NCBI GenBank assembly: GCA_947085635.1 | Contig: CAMTXC010000005.1 | Span: forward strand, 16,749 to 80,748 | Reading direction: 5' to 3' | DNA length: 64,000 nucleotides | Origin: an uncultured Actinomycetes bacterium | GTDB lineage: Bacteria; Actinomycetota; Thermoleophilia; RBG-16-64-13 | Shown here: piece by piece, positions 18,796 through 28,516 of the stretch | How the letters are laid out: every line of letters starts with the position of its first letter | Numbering within the stretch: position 1 is the stretch's first letter | Translations under genes and position numbers: made by a program | The notes under the pieces: model-generated | Databases searched by the model: none | The model's input: the letters and a program-made list of their open reading frames with translations, nothing else | Told to the model about the DNA's origin: nothing

Positions 18796-18941
18796 CTTGG
18801 AGGGGGATCGCGCCTTGGGGCTGCGGAAAGGGCTCGACCGGCACCCTGTCCGGGTGCCGCCGCCCGACCTCGCATTCCCGTAACCCCCTGTGAAAGTGCT
18901 GCGCGCGCGGTGAAGCGCGCGCCCGGCGGAAGAAGGGAGCG

Positions 18942-19415
18942 GTGATGGACGGAGTGGATACTTCGGTATACGGGGCCCAGCCTCACCACGTTGGAGTAGT
19001 GGTGCGCGATATCGAGGCGGCAATCGCCCAGTTCGAGACCATGGGATTCGGTCCGTTCAAGTTCAGTGACGAGGCCCGTACCTTCACCATCGACTTCACC
19101 GGGGAGTTGCACGGCGAGCCCGCCGAGTGGAGCGTCACCATCAGCAACGCCAAGATGGGCGACGTGGAGCTCGAGCTGCTGCAGCCGAGCGGCGGCCCGT
19201 CGGCCCTACAGGAGAGCCTGGACGCAGACGGCGAAGGCCTCCATCACATCGGCTTCATCACCGAAGATATCCGTCGAGACATCGCCGAGCAGACCGCGCG
19301 AGGGGCTGCGATCTGGACCCAGTCACTACGCACCGACGCGCCGAGCTTCGTCTACTTCGAGCCGAGCGCCATTGGTGGCGTGGCCATCGAGCTGCGAACC
19401 GCGGGGGCCGACTGA
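18942..19415 (+). CDS. VOC (glyoxalase/dioxygenase) family protein
   Basis: Two beta-alpha-beta-beta-beta modules with HHVGVVVRDIEAAI and LHHIGFITEDI. Confidence 0.8.
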   Translation: MMDGVDTSVYGAQPHHVGVVVRDIEAAIAQFETMGFGPFKFSDEARTFTIDFTGELHGEPAEWSVTISNAKMGDVELELLQPSGGPSALQESLDADGEGLHHIGFITEDIRRDIAEQTARGAAIWTQSLRTDAPSFVYFEPSAIGGVAIELRTAGAD

Positions 19416-20443
19416 TGAAGGCCGCCGTCCAGTATGGTCCGCATGACGTGAGAGTTGAAGATGTCGCCGAACCGCGGTGCGGTCCCGGTCAGATCAAGGT
19501 GAAGATCGACTACTGCGGGGTCTGCGGCACCGATCTCGAGATCTACGAAGGCCGCTTCGGTCTCATGTATACGGAGGGGTGGCCCAAGGGCCCCAAGATC
19601 GAAGGGCACGAAGCCGCGGGCGCCATCGTCGAGGTAGGCTCGGGGACACGCCAGGGCTACGAAGTAGGGCAGAGGGTGGCCATGAACTTCCGCTCCTCAT
19701 GCGGGGCCTGCTACTACTGCCGCGACGGGCGGGAGCACTTCTGCGACCACGTGACCATGTCGGGCGGCTCCTTCGCCGAGTACGCCCTCTACGAGGAGAG
19801 CGCCGTCCATCCCCTGCCCGACGACGTGAGTACACGGAAGGGTGCGCTCCTCGAGCCGCTCACCGTGGCCATGCACGTCACCGATCAGGCTGCGATCAGG
19901 CCGGGGGCGACCGTGGCGGTCTCAGGGGCGGGCACCATCGGCCTGCTCTCGGTGATGCTCGCGGTGCGGTCCGGGGCCTCGACCGTGCTGGTCTCGGAGC
20001 CGGTGGCCTCGAAACGTCGGCTCGCTGAGAGCCTGGGAGCAACGGTGACGGTGGATCCCCTGAACGAGGACGTCGTCGCCGTCGGCCGGAGTGCGACTGA
20101 GGGGAGAGGCTTCGACTCCGTCATAGAGATCAGTGGGAACCTCGGGGCCGCACAGACCGCCCTCAAGCTGGTGGACAAGTGCGGCACCCTCGTGTGGGCG
20201 GGCGTGTATCCCCACGAGGAGTCCATCCCTGTGCGTCCGTTCGATCTCTACGCGGGCGAACTGACGATCCGCTCGGCTATGGTGTCCCCGTACCTGTTCC
20301 CCCGCTCCGTGAATCTGCTGTCCCGGCTCGACGTCGAGCCTCTGATCTCGGCAACCTACCCGCTCGAGCGCATCGTGGACGCGTTCGAGAACCACCGGAG
20401 TGGGGATGCCATCAAGACACTCATCCAGCCGGGGAGCGCCTGA
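19415..20443 (+). CDS. Zinc-dependent dehydrogenase (sorbitol/threonine dehydrogenase-like MDR)
   Basis: CGVCGTDLE, GHEAAG, structural Zn CGACYYCRDGREHFC, and GAGTIG. ATGA overlap with the VOC gene. Confidence 0.9.
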   Translation: MKAAVQYGPHDVRVEDVAEPRCGPGQIKVKIDYCGVCGTDLEIYEGRFGLMYTEGWPKGPKIEGHEAAGAIVEVGSGTRQGYEVGQRVAMNFRSSCGACYYCRDGREHFCDHVTMSGGSFAEYALYEESAVHPLPDDVSTRKGALLEPLTVAMHVTDQAAIRPGATVAVSGAGTIGLLSVMLAVRSGASTVLVSEPVASKRRLAESLGATVTVDPLNEDVVAVGRSATEGRGFDSVIEISGNLGAAQTALKLVDKCGTLVWAGVYPHEESIPVRPFDLYAGELTIRSAMVSPYLFPRSVNLLSRLDVEPLISATYPLERIVDAFENHRSGDAIKTLIQPGSA

Positions 20444-20482
20444 GATGGCGATCGGCCGGCGATCTCGAGGAAGGAGGTAGAG

Positions 20483-20686
20483 GTGACTGAGACCATCAAC
20501 TGTGGGCACTGCCAGATGCTCCTCTATTTCGGCGAGGAGTTGAAGCGGCGCCTGTACTTGCGGGCGATCCCGTCGGAGGAGACGGTGCTCGGGTTCTACG
20601 GCGACGCCTGTCCCCGATGCGGGGGCGACCTGTCCATGGAGACGGTCGAGGTGGGCATCGAGGGGAGGGCCACGCATGGCTCATAA
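20483..20686 (+). CDS. Small zinc-ribbon protein
   Basis: CGHC ... CPRCGG pair. GTG start preceded by AGGAGG. Wedged between the ADH and the transketolase. Confidence 0.55.
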   Translation: MTETINCGHCQMLLYFGEELKRRLYLRAIPSEETVLGFYGDACPRCGGDLSMETVEVGIEGRATHGS

Positions 20687-21578
20687 CGACGCTCTCGTAG
20701 CCGAGCTTGAGGCCAAGTCGAACAAGCTGCGGAATCACTGCTTCACCCAGTTCTGCACTTTCGAGCAGGGGCACGCCGGCGGCACCATGTCCATCGTGGA
20801 CGTGGTCACCGCCTTGTATCTGCACCACATCAAGTTCGACCCGAAGGACCCCGATTGGCCCGAGCGTGACCGCGTGGTCATGTCGAAGGCCCACTGCTGC
20901 GAGGCCATCTACGCCGCGCTCGTGGAGTTGGGGGTCTATCCCGAGGAGACGCTGGGCACGTACTACTGCTACGGCTCGCCGTTCCAGGGTCACGCCGACC
21001 GCTGGTCAACCGCGGGCATCGACTACTCGGGCGGCTCCCTCGGGCAAGGGCTCTCCTTCGCGGCCGGTATGGCCTACGCCGAGAAACTCAAGATGATCTT
21101 GAGGCCGCCCAGCGCGGAGGAGACCTTCCTCCCGCGTTACATCAAGCGATTCGATCCGGCCTACCGCTCCTACTGCATCCTCGGCGACGGCGAACTCCAC
21201 GAGGGCCAGGTGTGGGAGGCGGCGATGTTCGCCCACAAGTACAAGCTGGACAACCTCATCGCCATCGTCGACTACAACAAGTGGAGCCTCGACGGCCCCA
21301 CCAACGAAGTCATGCCCGTGGAGCCGCTGCTGGAGAAGTGGAAGGCCTTCGGTTGGTGGGTCACCGAGATCGACGGGCACGACATGGGGCAGATCCTCGA
21401 TGCGCTTGATCTCAGCAACCGCATGTACGGCGATAACCGGCCGAAGTGCATCATCGCCCACACGGTCAAGGGTTACGGGGTGTCGCACTGGGAGAGCCGG
21501 CGCATGCACCTGGGTCGCGGCGAAGAGATGATGAAGGGCGTGCGGGAAGGACGGGAGAAGTATGGCGACGTACGGTAG
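20676..21578 (+). CDS. Transketolase, N-terminal (TPP-binding) subunit
   Basis: GHAGG, ILGDGELHEGQVWEA and NLIAIVDYN motifs of split transketolases. Confidence 0.95.
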   Translation: MAHNDALVAELEAKSNKLRNHCFTQFCTFEQGHAGGTMSIVDVVTALYLHHIKFDPKDPDWPERDRVVMSKAHCCEAIYAALVELGVYPEETLGTYYCYGSPFQGHADRWSTAGIDYSGGSLGQGLSFAAGMAYAEKLKMILRPPSAEETFLPRYIKRFDPAYRSYCILGDGELHEGQVWEAAMFAHKYKLDNLIAIVDYNKWSLDGPTNEVMPVEPLLEKWKAFGWWVTEIDGHDMGQILDALDLSNRMYGDNRPKCIIAHTVKGYGVSHWESRRMHLGRGEEMMKGVREGREKYGDVR

Positions 21579-22554
21579 GCACATCCAGATCGGCGAGCCC
21601 ACCCTCCCCGCCAAGGGCATCGAGAAGGCGCTCAAGGCCGGGGCGCTCAAGGACCCCCGCATCATCGCGGTACTCGAGGACATGGGCTTCCCCGGCATCG
21701 ATTGGTGGACCGAGAACATGCCCGAGCGCATGGTGGAGGTGGGCATCGCCGAGCAGAATGGGGCGGTGGTGGCGGGAGCCCTGGCGGCGGAAGGCTTCGT
21801 CCCCGTCATCTACAGCTTCCTGTTCGCGAACGTTGGGCGCGCTCTGAACCAGGTGCGCCAGAGCATCCTCGTCGACCGCTTCAACGTGAAGTTCATCGGC
21901 CGGGAGGGCGCCTGGGGCGAGGTGGGCATCTCGCACAACACAGTCGAAGGAGTCGGTTTCAGCCGGGTGCTCCCTAATCTCGTGATCATGAACCCGTCGG
22001 ATGTAGTAGAGGCCGAGAAGGCCACCGAAGCTATGCTCCAGTACCACGGGCCGGTGCTGCTGCGGCAGGAGTCAAGCCCGACGCCGGTGCGGGTGTTCAC
22101 CGACGACTACCCCTTCAACATCGGCAAGGCCTACTGGGTCAAGGAAGGTGCAGACGCCACCATCATCGCCACCGGCTACATGTTGACCGAGGCCATCGCA
22201 GCGATCGACCTTCTCGAAGCCGAGGGACTCGACGTGGGCATCCTGAACATGTGTACTCTCAAGCCCCTCGACGTCGGCGCCATCGTGCAGGCCGCGGAGC
22301 GGTCGGGGGCGATCGTCACCGCCGAGAACGCCAGCATCATCGGCGGCCTGGGAGAGGGCGTGGCGGCGGTGCTCGCCGAGAACCTGCCCGCGCCCATGGT
22401 GCGGGTGGGCATAGAGGACGAGTTCAGCCAGTCGGGGCTCATCACTCCCGAGCGGGACGATCTCAAGATACACTTCGGTCTGCGGGCCGAGGACCTGGTG
22501 GTGTCGGTGAAGGAGTGCATCGCCAAGAAGGAGAGACTGCGGTGCCGCGACTAG
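21562..22554 (+). CDS. Transketolase, C-terminal (pyrimidine-binding) subunit
   Basis: VGIAEQN motif and C-terminal TK domain. Overlaps the N-terminal subunit gene. Confidence 0.95.
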   Translation: MATYGRHIQIGEPTLPAKGIEKALKAGALKDPRIIAVLEDMGFPGIDWWTENMPERMVEVGIAEQNGAVVAGALAAEGFVPVIYSFLFANVGRALNQVRQSILVDRFNVKFIGREGAWGEVGISHNTVEGVGFSRVLPNLVIMNPSDVVEAEKATEAMLQYHGPVLLRQESSPTPVRVFTDDYPFNIGKAYWVKEGADATIIATGYMLTEAIAAIDLLEAEGLDVGILNMCTLKPLDVGAIVQAAERSGAIVTAENASIIGGLGEGVAAVLAENLPAPMVRVGIEDEFSQSGLITPERDDLKIHFGLRAEDLVVSVKECIAKKERLRCRD

Positions 22555-22698
22555 ACAGCGGGGCCGATGCAACCACGAGGAGAACTATCTGTCTTATGAA
22601 GATGTCGGGTGCTATCAGGGGGTGGCTATGAGATGAATGAAGTACGGCTCTTCATGCGCGTTTCCACGTCTTTCGTCACATTCTCCAAGGGGGGTTTC

Positions 22699-24024
22699 GT
22701 GAAACACAGAAGACTTCTTCTCATCGGGGCGGCACTCGTGGTGCTCGCTCTCGTCACCGTGTCATTGGCGGCATGCGCTTCTACCACGACCACGACCGCG
22801 GCACCAACAGACACGACCGCGGCACCCGCAACGACCGACACCACCGCCGCAGGCGCCGAGATGGGCGAAGACATCGTCATCGGCGTGATCAACTCGCTGA
22901 CCGGCTCGAACGTCCTGACCGGCCAAGAGCAGAAATGGGCACAGGAGAAGGCCGTCGCCGACATCAACGCCAAGGGGGGCATCAAGCTCGCCGACGGCAA
23001 GATGCACAAGGTCGTGCTTAAGTACGTCGACGACAAGAGCCAGCCCACCGAAGGCGCCGCGGCCATGGAGAAGCTGATCAAGGTGGACGGTCTCAAGATC
23101 GTCATGAGCTCGAACATCACTCCAATCAACCAGGCGGCGGCGCAGGTGGCTGAGATAAACGAAGCTTACTACCACATCACCTCAAGCTGGACGGACGAGG
23201 CCAGCCCGGACGGATCGTTCCCGGGATTCATCGGTGGCATGGATTTGAAGTGGGCCACCGACATGTTCGAGTCGGCCGCCGATTCCGGCCTCGTGGCCAT
23301 TGGAGCGGTAAATGCGATGGATCCGGCTGATCGGCCCAAGAACTTCGCCGTAATGACGGAGAACACGCCGGACGGCGTAGGTTTCGGCGACGCCACCAAG
23401 GCGGGGCTCGAGGCGCAGGGCTGGAACGTCGTGTCGTACGAGAAGTTCGTCGAGGGCAACAAGGACTTCTCCTCGATCATCCTGAAGTTCAAGCAGGCGA
23501 ACGTCGACGGCGTGGTTACCCTGATCGCTCCCACCGACGGCATCACGTTTGTCAAGCAGATGAAGGAGCAGAACTGGTCGCCGAAGTACCTGTTCGGGTA
23601 TAAGGGCTTCTGGCCCGTCGACTTCTACGCGGGCCTCGGGGACGACGCGAACTACATCGGCTACGACGGCTTCTGGTCGGAAACCCTGCCGTTCCCGTAC
23701 GCCAAAGAACTGGGGCAGGCCTTCCAGGATGACCACGACGGCAACACGTCCGTCAGCATAGGCCTCTACTACGCCTCGGCGCAGATCCTCTTCGCGGCCA
23801 TCGAGAGAGCCGGATCGATGGACCCCGGCGCCGTGAGGGACGAGGTCTTCAACGGCTCCTTCCCTGGCACAACCATGGGCGATATCACGTACAACGACCA
23901 AGGCATCGCCGACATCCCGTTCCTCGCGTTCCAGTGGGCGGCAGGCGGGGAGCGCGTGGTCCTCTACCCGACGGAATTCGCCACCGGCGAGATGGTGACG
24001 TTCGTCCCCTGGGAAGAGAGGTAG
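22699..24024 (+). CDS. ABC transporter substrate-binding lipoprotein (LIV / type I periplasmic binding fold)
   Basis: Lipoprotein signal LVTVSLAAC and a Thr/Ala-rich linker, then a LivJ-like domain. GTG 22699 is preceded by AAGGGGGG; the track ORF starts at 22609. Confidence 0.9.
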   Translation: MKHRRLLLIGAALVVLALVTVSLAACASTTTTTAAPTDTTAAPATTDTTAAGAEMGEDIVIGVINSLTGSNVLTGQEQKWAQEKAVADINAKGGIKLADGKMHKVVLKYVDDKSQPTEGAAAMEKLIKVDGLKIVMSSNITPINQAAAQVAEINEAYYHITSSWTDEASPDGSFPGFIGGMDLKWATDMFESAADSGLVAIGAVNAMDPADRPKNFAVMTENTPDGVGFGDATKAGLEAQGWNVVSYEKFVEGNKDFSSIILKFKQANVDGVVTLIAPTDGITFVKQMKEQNWSPKYLFGYKGFWPVDFYAGLGDDANYIGYDGFWSETLPFPYAKELGQAFQDDHDGNTSVSIGLYYASAQILFAAIERAGSMDPGAVRDEVFNGSFPGTTMGDITYNDQGIADIPFLAFQWAAGGERVVLYPTEFATGEMVTFVPWEER

Positions 24025-24103
24025 GCAGCGTCCGGACGTCGCCGACCTCGAAGCTCGTGGTGCGGCTGACCGAGTCGACGCAGTAACAGGCTTACGGTAG
24101 ACC

Positions 24104-24130
24104 CACCCTCCTCGGTGATCGAGGAGGGTG
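24104..24130 (+). terminator. Intra-operon hairpin after the binding-protein gene
   Basis: CACCCTCCTCG / CGAGGAGGGTG, an 11-bp stem with a 5-nt loop, followed by AGGGTTTCC. May be a partial terminator or RNA-stability element. Confidence 0.4.
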
Positions 24131-24301
24131 AGGGTTTCCCATTGCCGCAGATATCAAGATGGAAGTCGGTTTCACGGGCAGCGCACATATGGGAGTCATC
24201 TTGTCCAGACAACTGCAGACAACGGAGCACGCACACGAGCGCTTCTTCTTGCGTCGCTCGGTCCCGGGGGGAAATCACTTGTTGGACGGTAGTTCGTCAT
24301 A

Positions 24302-25039
24302 GTGGCTGCCGGTGCGCCCCTCCTTACGCTGAGCGGAGTCTCCAAGCACTTCGGAGGTCTGCAGGTCATCAACGACCTGGATTTCGTCGTGCACGAGAGA
24401 GAGACAGTGGGGCTCATCGGCCCGAACGGTGCAGGGAAGACCACGGTGTTCAACCTCATCACTTCCATATATCAGCCGGATCGCGGAAGCATCACCTTCA
24501 AGAGCAACGAGATCACCGGCCTTGCCCCTCACAAGATCTGCCACCTGGGAATATCCCGCACCTATCAACTGGTGAGAGCCTTTCTGAAGATGACGGTCAT
24601 GGAGAATGTCATGACGGCGGCCGTCTATGGTGCCAAGCACCATGCCCAACGTCCCAAGCAACGCGCCACGGAGGCCCTCGAGCTGGTCGAGTTGTCCGGC
24701 AAGCGCGACATCAACGCGGCGCACTTGACCCTGTCAGACCGACGACTGCTCGAAATCGCGATGGGCTTGTCATCGATGCCGGGGCTGATCCTGCTTGATG
24801 AGCCGATGGCCGGCCTTACCGAAGTCGAGATCCAGCACCTTCTTGGGGTGATAGGGGCGACAAGAGATGAGCGGAGCTTCTCCATTCTATGGATCGAGCA
24901 CAAGGTCGACGCGGTTCTTGACTTCTGTGACCGCGTAGGCGTGCTCGACTACGGGGTCAAGATCGCCGACGGCTGCCCCGACGACGTGGCGTGCGACCCG
25001 AAAGTCATAGAGGCGTACCTCGGTGAACCAGTTGCTTGA
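24302..25039 (+). CDS. ABC transporter ATP-binding protein (LivG-like)
   Basis: GPNGAGKTT Walker A, LLDEPMAGL and C-terminal VIEAYLG. Confidence 0.9.
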   Translation: MAAGAPLLTLSGVSKHFGGLQVINDLDFVVHERETVGLIGPNGAGKTTVFNLITSIYQPDRGSITFKSNEITGLAPHKICHLGISRTYQLVRAFLKMTVMENVMTAAVYGAKHHAQRPKQRATEALELVELSGKRDINAAHLTLSDRRLLEIAMGLSSMPGLILLDEPMAGLTEVEIQHLLGVIGATRDERSFSILWIEHKVDAVLDFCDRVGVLDYGVKIADGCPDDVACDPKVIEAYLGEPVA

Positions 25040-25751
25040 GGTCAAAGAACTGAGCGTCGCCTACGGGGACGTACGGGCCTTATGGGACGTTTCCCTAGAG
25101 GTCGAGGAAGGGTCGATCGTGGCCCTGGTCGGGGCCAACGGCGCAGGGAAGACCACCTTACTGAAGGCGATCTCGGGCCTTCTCCGTCCTCTCGGCGGAC
25201 ACATCCTCTTCGAGGGCGAGGACCTGGTTCATTTGAATACGAAGCGCCGCGTCGAGAAAGGCATTGTCATGGTGCCGGAAGGACGGCGGCTCTTCCAGGC
25301 TCTCACCGTCCTCGAGAATCTGAGGCTGGGAGCGTATCTGCCAAAGGCTCGGGCCGACTACGATGACTCCCTCGAAAGAGTCTTCACGCTGTTCCCGGTG
25401 CTGAAAGACCGGATGAACGGTAAGGCCGGTCTGATGAGCGGCGGCGAGCAACAGATGCTGGCGATCGGGCGGGCCGTCATGGCCCGGCCAAGACTTGTCA
25501 TGATCGACGAAGCGTCTCTGGGCCTCAGTCCCATCTTGACGAGGACGATCTTCGAGCTGATCGTCGCGCTCAACGAGCAGGGCACCACCGTTCTCCTCGT
25601 GGAGCAGAACATCCACATGGCCTTGAAGGTCTGTGACAAGGCGTACGTGATGAAGACCGGACACATGGTGTTGAGCGGGACCGGGGACGAGTTGCTGGCC
25701 AACGACGACGTGCGCAAAGCCTATGTGGGCGAGCGGGGGAGCAGGCTGTAG
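25023..25751 (+). CDS. ABC transporter ATP-binding protein (LivF-like)
   Basis: GANGAGKTT, MSGGEQQMLAIGRA, IDEASLGL and VRKAYVG. Confidence 0.9.
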   Translation: MNQLLEVKELSVAYGDVRALWDVSLEVEEGSIVALVGANGAGKTTLLKAISGLLRPLGGHILFEGEDLVHLNTKRRVEKGIVMVPEGRRLFQALTVLENLRLGAYLPKARADYDDSLERVFTLFPVLKDRMNGKAGLMSGGEQQMLAIGRAVMARPRLVMIDEASLGLSPILTRTIFELIVALNEQGTTVLLVEQNIHMALKVCDKAYVMKTGHMVLSGTGDELLANDDVRKAYVGERGSRL

Positions 25752-26632
25752 TGGGCTCGCTGGCTCAAATCCTGGTCAACGGCATCCTCTTGGGGTCCAT
25801 GTATGGGATCGCCGCCATCGGTCTCAGCCTCATCTTCGGGACGATGAGGATCATCTTCCTTGCTCAAGGGACGATGATCGTCCTCTTCGCCTACTTGACC
25901 TACTGGTCGTTCGAAAAGGCCGGAATCGATCCGTACCTATCCTTGTTCACAGTGGTACCCCTCGCGTTCGTTATGGGATTGGGGCTGTTCTACCTCTTGT
26001 TCCGGAAGGCTGCCGCGCTCGAGGACAAGAACGTCTCGTTGCTGCTCGCCGTGGGTCTGATGTACCTGATCGACAACCTGATCTTGAAGATCTGGTCGGC
26101 CACTCCGCGTGGTTTGAACCTCTCGTATTCAGGGGCCGTGCTGGTGGTCGGGGACATCAGGGTGCCGTGGCTACGCCTTGCGCTTCTGGGGCTCGCGCTT
26201 GGGTCTGCTCTTGTCGTGTACCTTTTCCTCAAGAAGACGCGGGTGGGGACAGCGGTGAGAGCAGCCTCTGAGGACATGGAGGCGACCACGATCCAGGGGA
26301 TCAACTCCGTCTGGGTGTGCGCGGTCAGCTTCGCCATCGGGATCGCCCTGGCGGGGGTGGCCGGTGTTGGGATGGCCACGGTCTACTCCTTTGACTACCA
26401 GTTTGGATTCACCTTCGCCATCAAAGCCCTGGTCGCGCTTGCCCTCGGGGGCATGGGCAACGTCTTCGGCGCGCTCGCAGGGGGGCTTCTCCTGGGTATC
26501 ATCGAGAACCTCGCCGCCTACTACATAGGCATTGCCTGGATCGAGGTAGCCTCTTATGGAACCTTTATGTTGGTGCTGATCTTCTTGCCCCAGGGCCTGT
26601 TCGGCAGACGGGCGCTGGTAAAGAAAGTATGA
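25751..26632 (+). CDS. Branched-chain-type ABC permease (LivH-like)
   Basis: Polytopic membrane protein with the N-terminal LVNGILLGSMYGIAAIGLSLIFG motif. Confidence 0.9.
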   Translation: MGSLAQILVNGILLGSMYGIAAIGLSLIFGTMRIIFLAQGTMIVLFAYLTYWSFEKAGIDPYLSLFTVVPLAFVMGLGLFYLLFRKAAALEDKNVSLLLAVGLMYLIDNLILKIWSATPRGLNLSYSGAVLVVGDIRVPWLRLALLGLALGSALVVYLFLKKTRVGTAVRAASEDMEATTIQGINSVWVCAVSFAIGIALAGVAGVGMATVYSFDYQFGFTFAIKALVALALGGMGNVFGALAGGLLLGIIENLAAYYIGIAWIEVASYGTFMLVLIFLPQGLFGRRALVKKV

Positions 26633-26633
26633 C

Positions 26634-27680
26634 GTGGGGAGCGACCCTAGAATCGATGGCGTGGATATGAAGCTGCTGCCGGACACCAGCGGGCTGGACA
26701 AGAGGAAGCTGACCTGGACGAGCCTCGGGGCCTTGGCGGTCGTGTTCTTCGCGACCCTGCCGTTCTACTACGACGTCCACAACGGGCAGTTCGGGGTCTT
26801 CTTCTTCAACGTCTTCGTGTACGTCATCGTCGCCCAGGGGTGGAATCTGATAAGCGGGTACACGGGGCAGATCAGTCTTGGCCAGAACGCCTTCTTCGGT
26901 GTCGGTGCCTACACCATGGCGCTGTTGTGGTTCAACGACGTCACCAAGACCGGGTACTACTTCGACCCGGTCTTGATGATCCTCAGCGGAGTGACGCCGT
27001 TCATCCTCGCCGTCCTGGTCGGAATACCGCTCCTGTCCCGCCTGCGGGGCGACTACTTCGCCTTCGGCACCCTGGGGATGGGGATGATCGTCACTGTTCT
27101 GTTCATCAATGGGGGGATGTTCACTGGTGGCGCGGAGGGCAGGATGCTGGTCCCGAAGATGCCCGAAGGCGTCGTCTTCAACTTGCGCACTCACTATTGG
27201 GTAGCCTTCCTGATAGCCGTTCTGGCGACTCTGGTGGTCTACTTCCTGACTTCTTCCAGGGTCGGGCTTGCTCTTAAGGCCATCCGGGAAGACGAGGTCT
27301 CCGCGGCGTCGCACGGAATCAATGTACTCAAGTACAAGGTCATGGCCTTCGCCGTGGGAGCGTTCATGGCGGGGGTGGCCGGCAGCATATACGGCTACTA
27401 CCTCCTTCAGGTGACGCCGTCGAACGTCCTAACCTCGAACTGGCTGTTCTTGCCGATCCTCATGGTCGTGCTTGGGGGCACGGGAACGATCCTTGGCCCG
27501 TGGCTGGGTGCGTTCGTGATCTATCTCATATCCTGGTACGGGGACTCGTTCTTCGCCGGCTACCACCCGATAATCTCGGGGGTCGTCATCATATTGGTGA
27601 TGCTGTTCCTGCCGTCCGGCCTGATGGGGTTGGGCCAGAAGGTGCCGGGCTGTGGGAGAGGAGGTCGCGGATCCAGGTAG
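26634..27680 (+). CDS. Branched-chain-type ABC permease (LivM-like)
   Basis: Polytopic membrane protein with the GWNLISGYTGQISLGQNAFFGVGAY motif. Start uncertain (GTG 26634 or ATG 26667). Confidence 0.9.
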   Translation: MGSDPRIDGVDMKLLPDTSGLDKRKLTWTSLGALAVVFFATLPFYYDVHNGQFGVFFFNVFVYVIVAQGWNLISGYTGQISLGQNAFFGVGAYTMALLWFNDVTKTGYYFDPVLMILSGVTPFILAVLVGIPLLSRLRGDYFAFGTLGMGMIVTVLFINGGMFTGGAEGRMLVPKMPEGVVFNLRTHYWVAFLIAVLATLVVYFLTSSRVGLALKAIREDEVSAASHGINVLKYKVMAFAVGAFMAGVAGSIYGYYLLQVTPSNVLTSNWLFLPILMVVLGGTGTILGPWLGAFVIYLISWYGDSFFAGYHPIISGVVIILVMLFLPSGLMGLGQKVPGCGRGGRGSR

Positions 27681-27830
27681 GGCTATGGAGCAACGGCTCA
27701 CCCGCACCGGTCAACCCGGCGGGCGCGGGGTGACTCCTAGGCGGGCGACCCAGTGCAGCGCTCCCGGCTCCACTTCGATCTTCGAGGTGAGACGGGGATG
27801 TCTTGTCGAGTGACGAGGGAGGATGTACCC

Positions 27831-28460
27831 ATGGCACATGAGTTGGTCGATGCGTTGGTGGGTATGAGGCAGAAGGATACTCTTCGGATAGTCGAGGAGA
27901 TGCTTGAGCGTGGGGAGGATCCCCAGACCGTCCTCGACCTGGGACAGGAAGCCATGCGGATCGTGGGCGATCGGTTCGAGGAGGGGAGTTTCTTCCTTCC
28001 CGAGCTGATGATGTCGGGGGAGATGTTGAAGAACATCGCCGAGATCATCAAGCCGAGGTTGGCCTAGCAGGCAACCGAGACGGCCAAGATCGGCACGGTC
28101 GTCCTTGGCACGGTGCGCGGCGATATCCATGACATCGGCAAGGACATCGTCGGCTTCGTGCTCGACATGAACGGCTTCAAGGTCGTCGACCTGGGCATCA
28201 ACGTGTCTGAGGAGACGTTCGTCGAGGCCGTAAGAGAGCATCAGCCGCAGGTTCTCGCGCTGTCCGGCTTCCTCTCTCTTGCGTTCGACTCGATGAAGTC
28301 CACGGTCGACCAGGTGCGCACAGCCGGTTTCGATCCGAAAGTAATCATCGGAGGCGGGCAGATGGACGAGACTGTGCGCGTCTTCACCAGCGCGGACGCC
28401 TACGGTGACGATGCCATGGCCGCGGTGGTCTTCGCCAAGCAGACTGTGGGGGTGAGTTGA
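27831..28460 (+). pseudogene. Corrinoid (B12-binding) methyltransferase-partner protein interrupted by one in-frame TAG
   Basis: Helical cap domain (27831-28064), TAG at 28065-28067, then in the same frame KIGTVVLGTVRGDIHDIGKDIV, carrying the DxHxxG cobalamin-ligand motif, and the Rossmann domain. Total length is typical for corrinoid proteins. Confidence 0.75.
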
Positions 28461-28516
28461 CATGGCAGACAACGTGAAGGGCAGAGCGGAACGCTTGTCT
28501 CGACAGGAACTGGAGG

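Noticed and set aside
22609-22698. Upstream extension of the substrate-binding protein ORF; likewise 15340-15510 for the ADH, 43871-43942 for AOR and 56389-56703 for the helicase
   Set aside because: In each case an internal start preceded by a good Shine-Dalgarno gives the family-typical N-terminus (lipoprotein signal, MKIKAAVL, MLQGGYTGK, MSFETLG). The extensions overlap leader or promoter elements.
28065-28067. Pyrrolysine-encoding TAG
   Set aside because: Not adopted as the primary call. No pyl genes are in the window, TAG is used as an ordinary stop by adjacent genes, and Pyl is not known in corrinoid proteins. It is kept as a low-probability alternative within the finding.
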